Assembly: GCA_951406725.2 (NCBI GenBank)
Contig: OX597826.1
Span: 63,612,001 to 63,676,000, forward strand
From: Octopus vulgaris
Lineage: Eukaryota
Direction of reading: 5' to 3'
DNA length: 64,000 nucleotides
Part shown: in pieces, positions 1-11,952 of the stretch
Position numbering within the stretch: the stretch's first letter is position 1
Layout: each line of letters starts with the position of its first letter
Translations under genes and position numbers: made by a program
Notes under the pieces: model-generated
Databases searched by the model: none
Seen by the model: only the letters and a program-made list of their open reading frames with translations
What the model was told of the DNA's origin: nothing

Positions 1-1000
1 AATTCTAGCAATTTATTATCATCACATGTTTTAGCAGTAGAAGCATTCGGAGAAGAAACGAAACAACAGAGAATGGCTCTGTGTAGAATGGTGTAACTGT
101 AAGGCTTTACAGAAAAATATCTTAGATCTGAAACTGCCTGAAGATGGAAGCTAGCTATAAACAAGAAACATAGCTTTGTCATCATAATCATCATTTTAAC
201 GTCTACTTTTCCATCCTTGCATGGGTTGAACACAGTTTGTTGAAGCAGAGTTTCTATGGCTTCAACAAACTCTGTTCGATTCACACAACCAAGGCAAAGT
301 GGACATTACAGCTATGATGATGATGATGATGAGGAAGCTATGTTTCTTCCTTATAGCTGGCTTTCATCTTCAGGCAATTTCAGATCTGAGATATTTTTTC
401 CTAAAGCCTTATAGTTACACCATTCTACGTAGAGTCATTCCTATTGTCAACCCTCACATGTTTCCAAGTGAAATGATAGTTCCATATAACCAAATAATCT
501 TTACACAAAAGACTGGAAATGAAGGACACTGCCTGCAAGGCAGTAACACTCATCTACAACTATCATGCAATGTCAAAATACACACAAACACACACACAGA
601 GTTTACTGTTCCATTTTTGGTAGGACCGATAAAAAAAAAAAAAAGAAAAAAGAAGGATTCCATCCATCAAAAGAAGCAATTATCATTTAATACACAAAGC
701 ACTGAAGGTGGTGAGCTGGCACAGTCATTAAGCACACAAGGTAAAAAAACTTAATGGCATTTTATCTGTCTTTACTTTCTGAGTTCAAAATCTGCCATGG
801 TTGACTTTGTCTTTCATCCTTTAGAGGTTGATAAAATAAGTACCAGTGGAGCACTGGGGTTGACTTACCCCTTTCTGCAGCTTACTGGCTTTGTGCCAAA
901 ATTTGAATCCAATATACAAAGGACCTAAATGTGAGCTGCTATAAGTAGTCACACACACACACACAGTAGTCATACACACACACACATACACATTTATATA

Positions 1001-1395
1001 TGGAAGGGGTAGACCCAGGAAGATGTGGAACGAAATGGTGAGAGAGGATCTTCAGATGCCAAGTCTTAGTAAGGAAACGACAAGGGACCAGGAGATGTGG
1101 CGATTTTCTGCACTTGATAAGACTCAAGCTAAGTAAAAAATACAGGCCCATTCTTCCAGGTACCGTTGCCAATTAAAAAGAACCCATGCCAGGGCTGCAT
1201 TAATACACCTCTGCTGGTGGGACATAAAAAGCACCCAGTATACTCTGTTCAGTGGTTGGCATTAGAAAGGGAACCCAGCCATAGAAACCATGCCTCAAAA
1301 GACAGCTGGAATCTGGACAGCTCCCCAGCAGGCCAGTTCCATGTCAAACTGCCCAACCCATGCCAGCATGGAAAGTGGATATTAAACAATGATGA
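1001..1395 (+). mobile_element. RTE-clade LINE 3' end
   Basis: GRGRPRKMW...EDLQ...RDQEMWR C-terminal motif, followed by the conserved 3' UTR and a (GAT)n tail. Confidence 0.8.
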
Positions 1396-1685
1396 TCATC
1401 ATCATCGTTTAACAACCGCTTTCCATGCTAACATGGGTTGGACGATCTGACTGGGGTCTGGCGAACCAGATGGCTGCACCAGACTCCAATCTGATCCGAC
1501 AGAGGTTCTACAGCTGGATGCCCTTCCTAACGCCAACCACTCCGAGAGTGTAGTGGGTGCTTTTACGTGCTACTGGCACGAAGGCCAGTCAGGCGGTACT
1601 GGCAACGACCACACTCAAATGGTACTTTTTATGTGCCACCTGCACAGGAGCCAGTCCAGCGGCACTGGCAACGACCTCGCTTGAA
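1396..1685 (-). mobile_element. RTE-clade LINE 3' UTR, younger copy, tail-to-tail with the preceding copy
   Basis: Starts with (CAT)n and is the reverse complement of the 3' UTR seen at 30110-30293; CpGs retained. Confidence 0.8.
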
Positions 1686-1694
1686 TGATGATAA

Positions 1695-1728
<34 letters not shown>

Positions 1729-2660
1729 TATATCTTAAATAGAAACTTTCAGAGACATGAAATTAATCATCTTTAACAGTAAAAATCATAGATAATAAAG
1801 TATAAATATTGAGTTAAAAACATACACAATTATAGCTGGTGAGTTATTACACTAGTAGTGACTATAAAATAGATGACTCAAAAAATAAGAATTATCAAGA
1901 ATATATTATATGCATATATGCTTGTTTGTGTGTGTGTGTGTAGATAGATAGACAGATAGATAGATTGGTATGTAAGTAGGTATGTGTGTGTGTATTCTTA
2001 CATGGATATAATAAATATACACATAAATGTCTTCTGCAAAATAAATTATATATCATTATTTTGACTTCAATTACTTTACACAACAATATGTACATTACAT
2101 TTCTCACTTTCCCTATCTTCCTTTCAATCGTTTTTCTCTTCTCTTGGTTCTTTATGGCATTATGAAAACCAAAAATTTGATTAGAAATCATTGGAGCAGC
2201 CATTGTATATGCTTTGTTCCATTCTGTTATAAAACATATCTTCATACTTTCGAAGAAGGAAAAAAAAAAAAAACAGAAACAAAAGGCTCTAAAAAAAACT
2301 AAAATAAAATAAACAAGTCTCTAATTAAATGATTTTGCAGATGAAAGTGGAGAATCACTTTTCCTGTTTTTACCAAGAAAATTCTTTCTCGTACAGCTGA
2401 TTTTGGATATAATATGGTTTCCAAGTCTGTGTTTTATGATGTTCATGAAAGAATAAACAAGAGAGAAGTGAGGCATGCTGATTCTTCCAATACAGTGTTC
2501 GATATTCAATTTCCATCAAATGCTAACATAAATTTCTCTAATTGGCTATTATAGCCAAGAATTGCCCACCAGTTCCTCTTGCAGTTCATTGGGTCCTGTG
2601 CTCATATTGAATTTATTTAGTTTGCATAAGATTCCATTACTTTCTGTCGCTACAATATTA

Positions 2661-2748
<88 letters not shown>

Positions 2749-3929
2749 AGAGAGAGAGAGAAATACACACACACACCTGTTGTAACAGTCGTTATTGAAT
2801 AAAAATAAGAGTACCTAATACAACCATTGACAATAATAATGATAATACATGCTATAGAATGTATCATACATGCACACATCAACATTTAGCATCTGTGTTC
2901 CATGTTATTTAAGGACTGTACTGAAATCCAATTTCAGCCTTAACATGGTTTCTACAGTTGGATGCCTTTGTCAACCACTTTACAGAGTGTAGTGGGTGCA
3001 TTTTTCATAATACATGCACTTGTTGGAAGCCGAGACCATCTCAAACCAAGTGGGGGTGTAGTACTGAGGGAGGTGGCTTTGTGTCAGATGTCGAGAGGTT
3101 AAAGTATGATAGAAAGATAGGAACAGGTGTCCTGCTGTAGAAGAGATACATGGCTAGCTGGAAAGGGAGAAAAATTGGTGAAGATGAGGTGTCAGGTTAC
3201 AAGAAGGAAAGTATAAGAGAGAATAAGGACAGAGGATCAGGAATGGGTGGATGGTTAAGTCTGTAAGTGTCTAAACGGAGGGTGGAGACGGTTAGAGATA
3301 GAGATAGTGAATGGTGACACCAGGTGGAGGTGTGGTCAACTGTAACTCTCAGTTTGGGGGAGGAGTTAATAAGAATAGAAGTGGGTTTAGGAAGGGGAGG
3401 TGAACAAGTAGCAGTATATAAAGAGGAGTTGATGGGCAACAATATAAAACTAAGATATATGAGAAACAGGGAGATGATGTAAAGTGCTGGGGGGAGGGTA
3501 AGTCGGAGGTATGTAGGGGTGGATGCAGTGAGTGACAAAGGTAGGTGTGTGTGGCGGGGGGGGTGGGAACCATCTATGGTAGATATTAAAGGGTGCTCAT
3601 GGAAAAGGGGCATTCACTAGAAAAATAAAACAGTAAGGTATGACATTGAGAAAATGGGGTGGTTGACAAGGGAGGTGGTTCAAAGGAGATGGGGTATCTA
3701 TGAACACAAAAGGGGGAAGAACTATATACAGTTCTGTTTTCATATTAATTGCAGCAACTGAATAAATACTATTGCAGCTAGAAGAGTTATGGAAGGATGA
3801 ATGTTAAGACAGTCAGTTGTGGGGAAAGCTTGGTAAGGAAAGCTTGGATGTGGGGACATAGGCATAAATGATATGCTTTTAGAATCCTGTTTTTCACTGA
3901 GATGGTTGGGTCTTCTTAAGCATAGTGAA

Positions 3930-4310
3930 TTGTCAATCATCTCAGTGCTTTGTCAACTGTGAGGTTCAACAAACCGAGGTTGGTCCTGACAACCTCATCC
4001 CATGTCTTCCTGGCTCTCTTTCCTTAACAGGTTCCAACCACATTTAGCAATCAAGACTTTTTCATGCAGCTGTCCTCATACATATGCATCCTCATACATG
4101 AACACACCAGTACACCACATCTCATGCTTCTTATACCCAATTTTGTTCCCATCACATTTGCACTTTGTCATACATGCACTCTGACATTGCACATCCAGCA
4201 GAGCATGCCAGCTTTATTTCCTTTCTAGTCTTTGCATCTTCTCAGCATAAATGAGCCATGTTTCAGGACCATAGAGCATTGCAGTTCATGTGCATGTATA
4301 ATAATGCTTA
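3930..4310 (-). mobile_element. Degraded RTE LINE ORF C-terminal fragment
   Basis: Minus-strand TAMLYGPETW...MQRLER matches the RTE motif AMLxGSETW...LER; interrupted by stops and frameshifts. Confidence 0.6.
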
Positions 4311-4432
4311 CATATGATGCATCATACAATTTGCTTTCTCAGCCAATTCTTATTCCAGCAACTATACATATGCATGAATGTACATTTATGTAAATGTATG
4401 TATATTACATATATGTATATATATATATACAC

Positions 4433-4779
4433 AAATATGAGAAAGAATCCACTATGTGGACGCTCTTACGTTAAAGATAGATCTGCAAGGGTCTCAACCA
4501 CTAAGAATTGTTCTCAAGAAAAATTTAGCACACTATGAACGTAAGCGCGCATGACAAATGAAAAATAACAAAAAATATAGATTAACCCCATACAATTGTT
4601 TCACTGTTAATAAATTATGCAATTTTACTTACACAATTAATCTACAGATCATCAGTGAGGTTCGTCATAAAATATAATTTGTCGAACTGCACACCAGATA
4701 TTAACATAAGGTCAAAAATACGAGTAGTTTGGCCAATTATATTCGCAGTTATATTCAAATGCTCTCGTTCTAGCACACC

Positions 4780-4783
<4 letters not shown>
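4433..4783 (-). mobile_element. Penelope-like/retrozyme-like non-coding fragment carrying the hammerhead
   Basis: CpG-retaining ~350-bp block bounded on both sides by (TA)n and containing the hammerhead. No RT or GIY-YIG coding sequence is visible, so the class is inferred. Confidence 0.5.
4584..4662 (-). ncRNA. Type I hammerhead ribozyme motif (Penelope/retrozyme-like)
   Basis: Minus strand reads AACCUCA-CUGAUGA-U[19-nt arm, GUAAAA loop, 19-nt arm; 17/19 paired]U-GAAA-CAAUUG-UA-UGGGGUU. Stem I is 7 bp, both core motifs are intact, stem III is the palindrome ACAAUUGU, and the cleavage triplet is GUA. Confidence 0.75.
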
Positions 4784-4818
<35 letters not shown>

Positions 4819-4851
4819 TATGTATATATATATATGTGTGTGTGTGTGTGT

Positions 4852-4894
<43 letters not shown>

Positions 4895-5850
4895 ATGCAG
4901 GCGTGCACACACACACTATGTATGTAACTCATTCTCTCCAGTTTCATTCCCTCTTAGTTTTCTCCTCCCTATCACTATAGAGTTTTATACATATGTACGT
5001 CCATACAAACATATCTATACATGCATACATATGTGTGTGTGTGTGTGTGTGTGCATGTGTGTGTGTATTACTTTTAATTGACAGAAATTACAAAGTAACT
5101 CTAGGGTTGAGAATTTTGTGCACGGCACCAACCAAAAGTTTGATGAATGCCATGCACGAAATGTATGTACTGATGTTTTGAGTTCTATCTATCCTGTTTG
5201 TACCATCAAACCTCCCCATCTCTCTCTCCCTGATTTTTCCTAGAGCATTCTCTCAGCTTCTTTCTCTCCATTACTATTTATCAAGCTCTCACTCTATTTC
5301 TCTCTCATCCTTATTATCTTCATCGGTTTCTTACATTTTTCAGCTTTGTCAAAACAATGTTGTTTACAAAAGCTGAAAGCCTGCAATAATAGCTGGAAGA
5401 TTTTCCTTAAACAATAAAAGACCACCGCAGAAACCAAATCGCTCATCTACCCATCCACCAATCAACTGCATTGAATATAAAATAATACACACAATAAATG
5501 GCAGGAAGATGAAGTGATGTGATTAATTAAAGGCAATTGTTCTATCTCTGCTTTCAGCGAATGAATGAGGAAGAAAGAGGTAAGGAAAGTGGGGGAAAGA
5601 TGGAAGAGAGTCAAGGGTGATTAGAGTTATCTTCAGAGATGGGGAAGAGAAAAAGGCAGCTTCTAGCAGAGGAGCTGTTGACATTGTATATCTATCTATA
5701 CACAAAGGCCATCCTATTTTTATTTTCAGATTATCATTTTATCTTTTATCTTTTACTTGCAAAAGTCATTGGACTGCAGCCACATTGCAGTACCACAATG
5801 AAGGGTTTTGTCAAAGGTCAATCCCAGTGCTTTTTTTGGGTTTTTTTTAA

Positions 5851-6060
5851 CTCTTTCGCATTTAAACAGGCCACATTTGGCCCGAATATGCTACCTGCTT
5901 TATGTTGTAACCAGCCAGATCCAGCCTATCACACTTACCCTTCAATACCATTATAAAATATACATCAAAATTTTGAAACTGCAAAATAACGCATGATTAA
6001 CTAAAAACAATATGAATGAAAAGGCATTACATTTTAAAGAATAATCTGAATGCTAAAGTG
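5851..6060 (+). mobile_element. piggyBac-like MITE (TTAA target site)
   Basis: TTAA at both ends with degenerate CCCTTTAG/CTAAAGGG termini; same family as 6531-6741, 15801-16020 and ~37835-38055. Confidence 0.6.
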
Positions 6061-6530
6061 TTAAAGTCTGGTGCTTATTCTATCAATCTCTTTTGCCAAA
6101 ACCACTAAATTATGGAGAACACGAGGAAGGAAAGAAGGAAGAAAGAGAAGTGAGGAGGGAGAGAAGAGAGTAGGAAGAGGAAAGACAGGGAGAGGATGAA
6201 GGAGAGAGATGAGGAGAGGGGCTAGGAGAAGGGAAGAGAAAAGAGAGAGGAAGCTGAGAAAGAGACAAGTGGTAGGGAAGGACATAAACACAAAACACAC
6301 AGAAATACAAACACATACACATGATGGGATTCCACACAGTTTCCTTCTACCAAATTCACTTACAAGACATTGATTAGCCCAGGGCTATGGTAGAAGTTTC
6401 TTGCCAAAGGTGCCATATAGTGGATCTGAACCTGAAATCATGTAGCAGCAAAGTAAGCTTCTTAACCACACAGCCGTGCCCATGGCTACTGCAATGATGA
6501 CATTATCCAAAAGTATTCTCACATTTTCAA

Positions 6531-6741
6531 CCCTTTAGCATTGAGATTACTTTGTCAAATGTAATGTTTATATATTCACATTATTTTGAATTACTCATGC
6601 ATTATCTTGTAACTTTCAGATTTCAATGCGATTGCTTATTTTGACATTGTTGGCTAGGTGTGAGAGTCTGGATCTGGCCAGTTTGAACATAAAACAGGAG
6701 ATATATTTGGGCCAGATATGGTTGGTTTAAATACTAATGGG
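6531..6741 (-). mobile_element. piggyBac-like MITE, opposite orientation to 5851-6060
   Basis: CCCTTTAG...CTAATGGG|TTAA termini; interior is the reverse complement of the 15801-16020 family. Confidence 0.65.
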
Positions 6742-6840
6742 TTAAGACAGTAGGATGTAAATTCTGGGATATTTTGCTATTATTTCTAGCTGGTTGAGTA
6801 ACTACGCACTTACTCCCTCAACTACTTATCTATTCACTGA

Positions 6841-7135
6841 CTGGATTGGAGTGTTACTGTCATAGAAAGAAATATTGTGACGATAAACAGTTTGTTTACT
6901 ACCACCAAAGACAATGTCGTGGCTATGAAAAGGACTGTTAACTGTCACCAGAGACAATGCTGAGGCTATAATCAGTTCATTTAATGTAATCAGAGACAGC
7001 ATCGTGGCCATGACAGTTTGTTTACTGTTATCAGAGGTAGTGTTGTAACCATAAACAGTTTGTCTGCAGTCATTGGAGGCAGTGTAGTGACAATAAACAA
7101 AACAGCTTAGTGTTATTTGAAGCAGTGTTAGAGTC
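6841..7135. repeat. Degenerate ~42-bp minisatellite, 6-7 units
   Basis: Unit starts at 6883, 6925, 6968, 7010, 7051 and 7093; consensus approximately ATAAACAGTTTGTTTACTGTCATCAGAGGCAGTGTTGTGGCC. Confidence 0.75.
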
Positions 7136-7320
7136 ATTCATAACTATAAACAGGACAGGTAACCCTCACTCACTGACTCATCTACCAGGCTGTAAAGAAA
7201 CAACAGAAGCAGATAATTGCTAGACTACAATAAAACATTGTCTTTAAATCTTGTCTTTATATGAACAAGCTAGTGAGATATGTAATTTGGGAGATTTCTT
7301 TGAATCAGAAACACAATCTG

Positions 7321-7551
7321 TTTCTTTATTACCCACAAGGGACTAAACATAGAGGGGACAAACAAGGACAGACAAACGGATTAAGTCGATTACATTGACC
7401 CCAGTACGTAACTGGTACTTAATTTATCGACCCCGAAAGGATGAAAGGCAAAGTTGACCTCGGCGGAATTTGAACTCAGAACGTAACGGCAGACGAAATA
7501 CGGCTATGCATTTCGCCCAGTGTGCTAACGGTTCTGCCAGCTCACATCACC
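7321..7551 (-). mobile_element. tRNA-related SINE, family A (young subfamily)
   Basis: Near-identical to 16152-16381, 23301-23530, 31750-31969 and 62180-62396; B-box-like GAGTTCAAATTCC; 3' end GGGTAATAAAGAAA. Confidence 0.85.
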
Positions 7552-8591
7552 AACAAAAACAACACTTTAACGTTCACAAGGGCCAGACAGAATCTGTTTG
7601 GTAGATCTACAGCCAGGTGCCCTTCTGGTCACCAACCCTCATCTGTTTCTCATTAAGGTAATATTTCCCAATGATCAGATAGATTTGTATGGAAGACTGG
7701 AAACAAAGAACAGCACTTGTATGATGAAAGAGAAGAATAAGTAGTGAGCTTTGTTGTACACCTTTCTTCCACCAGGATCTTTTACATGAACAAATTGCCT
7801 TAATCTCGACTCTACTTTAACCTTCTTTTATGTTTCTCTGAATAATTCTTGAGACAATCAATTTCTTTGATATCAACAAATACAAAGTAAGGTTGTTTGT
7901 TCAGTATTCTTCGCAAATTACTGAATTAGCAGCAATTATGGATCCATATTCTAGAACAAACTCAAACTGCAATCTATCTCAATAGCATCCAGTACTAGCT
8001 TGTCGATGGTTCACTACACCATAACACCTTGATTATTCTGCTTATGTAAAAGAAAGAAAGAAAGGAAGGAAGGAAGGAAGGAAAGAAAGAAAGGAAAGAA
8101 AGAAAGAAAGAAAGGAAGGAAAGAAAGAGAGAAAGAAAGAAAAAATAAAGAGAGAGAGAGAGAGAGAGAAAGAAAGAAAGAAAAAGAGAAAGAAAAAAGG
8201 GAGAGAGACGTGAGGAGGGAGAGGAGAGAAGAGAGAAGGAAGAGGAAAGACAGGGAGAGGAGGAAGGAGAGAGGAGAGGAAGGAGAGGAGAGGGGAAGGA
8301 GAGAGGAGGAAGAGGAGAGATGAGGAAAGGAGCTAGGAGAAGAGGAAGAGAAAAGAGAGAGGAAGCTGAGAAAGAGACAGACTGACAGAAACAAAAACTC
8401 TGAGTGTGTGTGCGTGTGTTTGAGTGTGTGTGTGTGTGTGAATAGTATGAGCATGACTGTTTTATGTGTGCATGTGTGCATGCATCTACTTCTGTACATA
8501 TGCGTCTATGCACTCGTGCACCTGTAATCACAGAAGAGAGAGAGAGAGAGTGAGTTTGAGTGTCAGTGAAAATCAGAGGAAATTAACTCAC

Positions 8592-8754
8592 CTGGCTGTG
8601 AAAGTTTAAGAAGAGATGTATAAACATCTTGACAGTCTCTTTCACGTGGGACGATAAATGTGATAGCCATAAAGTTTTTGTATTTGATGTAAAGTGGGCT
8701 CCCCGCTGTCGTTATAGGATGTTTCTCTACACTTCCTATGTACATGTGAAGGAT
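8592..8754 (-). CDS. MTMR6: Myotubularin-related protein (MTMR6/7/8 group), next coding exon (probable exon 3), PH-GRAM C-terminal part
   Basis: Encodes ILHMYIGSVEKHPITTAGSPLYIKYKNFMAITFIVPRERDCQDVYTSLLKLSQP, matching recalled MTMR6 ILHHHIASVEK...CKNF...FIVPRERDCHDIYNSLLQLS. TTTTTTTCAG|ATC acceptor and CAG|GTGAGT donor at 8591; 163 nt, phase 0/1, in frame with the 32-kb exon. Confidence 0.94.
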
Positions 8755-8799
8755 CTGAAAAAAACAACAAGAAAAACATCATTACTAATGATGATGATG

Positions 8800-8833
<34 letters not shown>

Positions 8834-9536
8834 GTGTACTGCACACATCCTACGCAGAACACTTTCCATACAATAACCATCAGAGAGAGCATCATAACAA
8901 ATCACAGCACATACCCAAGGCACACAGAGCTGCGCTCGGTAGTGAAGTGAAAGCACGCTATAAAAATAAAACTACTGAATAATAATAATAATAATAATAA
9001 TAATGATGATAATAATAATACTGATGATGATGATAAGAATATATGATTACTAACAGTAGTGATGATGATAACAAAATTACAGTAGTAATACTAACAATCA
9101 TAAGAATAAAAGGTACTAAAAGCAATGATGATGATGATGACAGTAATGGTGGTGGTGGTGGTGGTGAAGATGATGACAACAACAGTGATAATACTAACAA
9201 TGGTAAAAATATAAGATTCTATTAGCAATGATAATGATGATGATGATGGTTGTGATAGTGGTGGTGATGATGATGATGACAATGATGATGTAGTGGTGGT
9301 GGTAAGGATGATGTTGATGGTGATGACGATATTCACAACACAAATATTTCTTATATGATTATTAAACATTTCCTTGTGACCTTATTATTACACATACAGG
9401 CTTAAAAGCATTTTCATTGAGCAAATTGTAGTTATTGATAAAAAAATTTTAATTAGAGAGTTTTTTGTTTTAGCATACAACTATATAATAACTCATCCAG
9501 AATGACTGAATATACCTATTCAGTTTTAGTTATGTA

Positions 9537-10025
9537 CTAGCAGTAAGAGCCCCTGGAGCAGACATGATGCTCGCTGTGAATTTTAAAAAATTCCTGCCAA
9601 TTTGTGAAAGATATTGTCGAAAATATGTCATCTTGAATTTGAACGCGATTTCCCAAATTGGCATGATTTTATCGATTTTTTCTGATGGTAAGGTATTGCA
9701 TGGTAAACTAACGTCAGAATTAAGTTTCTTAGGGTAACATTAAGCTTCACCATGAGTTTGGCCAAAATCGATTGCAAGTTGCGAAAACTACAACAGAAAA
9801 TGTGTTGCAAATAAAAAGCTTGGATTCTCGACCCCATGTCGAATTTATTAAATTTTTTCAGAACTGGGGGAACTTTTCAAAATTTTCGCTGCGTTAGTTT
9901 TGAATTATGACATTGGGCTAAGTGTGTGTCAAGTTTCATCAGAATCGGTTGAAAGCCGTGGTCAGGGTGAGGGTACAAGCAAACAGACACACAGACAGAC
10001 AAACTGCCGTTTATATAGAGAGAGA
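9537..10025 (-). mobile_element. Non-autonomous Helitron
   Basis: Minus strand begins A|TCTCTCTCTATATAAA and ends with a GAGCA-N7-TGCTC hairpin followed by CTAG|T. Inserted between A and T with no TSD; (CAGA)n-like repeat near the 5' end. Confidence 0.75.
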
Positions 10026-10412
10026 TTTGTCGATACATAACTAAAACCCCTGGACTAACACAACAGAGAAAACATTACAACCAGGCAGCACCATCCACAC
10101 ATACTACATATCTTCTATTTTACTGTGGGGTGGCCATGTATCTCTTCAATATCAAGACTCCTGTGCTTGTTCCTCTATCATACTTTAACCCTCCAACACC
10201 TGGCATAAAGCCACTTCCCTCTGTCTAAAATATCATTCCCACTTTGTAAGCAACAAAAAACACTCAATACACACTATAAAATGATTGGCATTAGGAAGGT
10301 ATCCAGCTATAGGAACTGCGCAGAAGCAAGCATTGGAGCTTGAAGAAGTCCTGTTGCTCACTGGACCCTGTCAAACCATTCAACCCATGCTAGTACAGGA
10401 AACAGATATTAA

Positions 10413-10631
10413 CCCTTTCGTTACTGTATTTATTTTGAGATGCTCTGTTTCTTTCAATTATTTTAAATATAACAAAGAATTTAGTAAAATAACATAGTTA
10501 TCATTAAGCTAGTGTTAGGAATATAAATTGCAACTAAGGTTTGGTGGTATATTTTGATGCAAAACTTATGAAAACAAGACATTTGTACTACAGAGCCAGA
10601 GCCGGTTTTGGACATATTAGTAATGAAAGGG
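10413..10631. mobile_element. piggyBac-like MITE, second family
   Basis: TTAA|CCCTTTCGTTAC ... GTAATGAAAGGG|TTAA (12-bp TIR, 1 mismatch), inserted at the TTAA of an RTE tail. Relatives at ~13410-13630, ~32954-33855 (interrupted) and ~58505-58695. Confidence 0.75.
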
Positions 10632-11084
10632 TTAAATGATGATAATGATGATTACTCCAGTGGCTGTGCGGTGGGTAGCTTGCTTACCAACCACATGGTT
10701 CTGGGTTCAGTCCCACTGCATGGCACCTTGGACAAGTGTCTTCCATTATAGCCTTGGGCCCACCAAAGCCTTGTGACTGGATTTGGTAGGCAGAAACTGA
10801 AAGAAGCCCATCATATATATATATATGTTTGTGTGTCTGTGTTTGTACCCCCACCATCGCTTGACAACCAAAGTTGGTGTATTTACATCCCCGTAACCTA
10901 GCAGTAGACCAAAAGCAAGACATTTAGATAATATCCTTAGTCTTGGTTGGTCAGCTTGGGAATCCATCTGGAAAAAAGGTTGTTTCTGATAGGGCTCTAC
11001 AGAGGAAATACCAAATGGAAACTACTCCAATGACCCTCCCAGAAATAGTGGGTGGCAAAAATGAATGAATGGATGGAAATATAT

Positions 11085-11232
11085 GTTGCATGTCTGTGTA
11101 AAGTGCATAAAGAAGTGCCAAGCTGTAATTGTGGAGGGAACCTGTGGAAGGGGTAGACCCAGAAAGATGTGGGATGAAGTGATGAGAAAGAATCTTCTGA
11201 CACTGGGCTTCACTAAGGAAATGACAAGGACA
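11085..11232 (+). mobile_element. RTE LINE ORF C-terminal fragment
   Basis: CIKKCQAVIVEGTCGRGRPRKMWDEVMRKNL, homologous to 29566-29751. Confidence 0.75.
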
Positions 11233-11710
11233 TTTTATTCTTACGACTACATTATTTAATGTATCCTCTACTCTTTTTCACACTTTGGCTCTGTTCAGAG
11301 GGGAATTTAGCTGCTTTTTCAAGCTAGTATAGAAATCAAACAAGCTTTTTCACAATGGTACATCGAACAACTTGATGAAATTTGTAGCAGTATTGGCCAT
11401 AAAATTTACTATCGTAGAAAAAAATCTCAGACATTTTGTAGATTTTTGTCTGTATTTTCTAGAAAAATCCTCATTCATGTCTTAATTAGATCTTGATTAA
11501 TTATGCATAAGCCAGTTTTGTTGGAATCAGTAGATAAAGCGTCAATAAATAACTAAACAGTCTGCTTGAAACAAGATTCCATCTTATTATTCAAAACTTA
11601 CGGCCATAAGAGAAATTATTTAAAAGACTTCTGCTATAGAAAACTGTTCTCATTCAATGTGTAACAGAAGATAAGACTTAAAACAACAACAAAAACATAA
11701 ACAGCGCTGC

Positions 11711-11741
<31 letters not shown>

Positions 11742-11952
11742 ACACACATACACACACATGCACAAACAACACTCATGGAAATTCTATATATTTTGAAAAT
11801 TCTAACATAGTTTGATAGTTTATTGAAAACCAAGAAATTATACACATTTATGTATTTCTTATGCAAGATTCCTGATGTTGAATCATGTGTTGAAATAGAT
11901 ATTGTTATACTTGAGAGTGGTCATATTTTGCCAATTAAACACATGCACTATA

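Noticed and set aside
1-8591. Search for the next MTMR exon (expected ..YEDLYAF.YNP..GW..)
   Set aside because: No matching peptide found; the exon probably lies left of the window.
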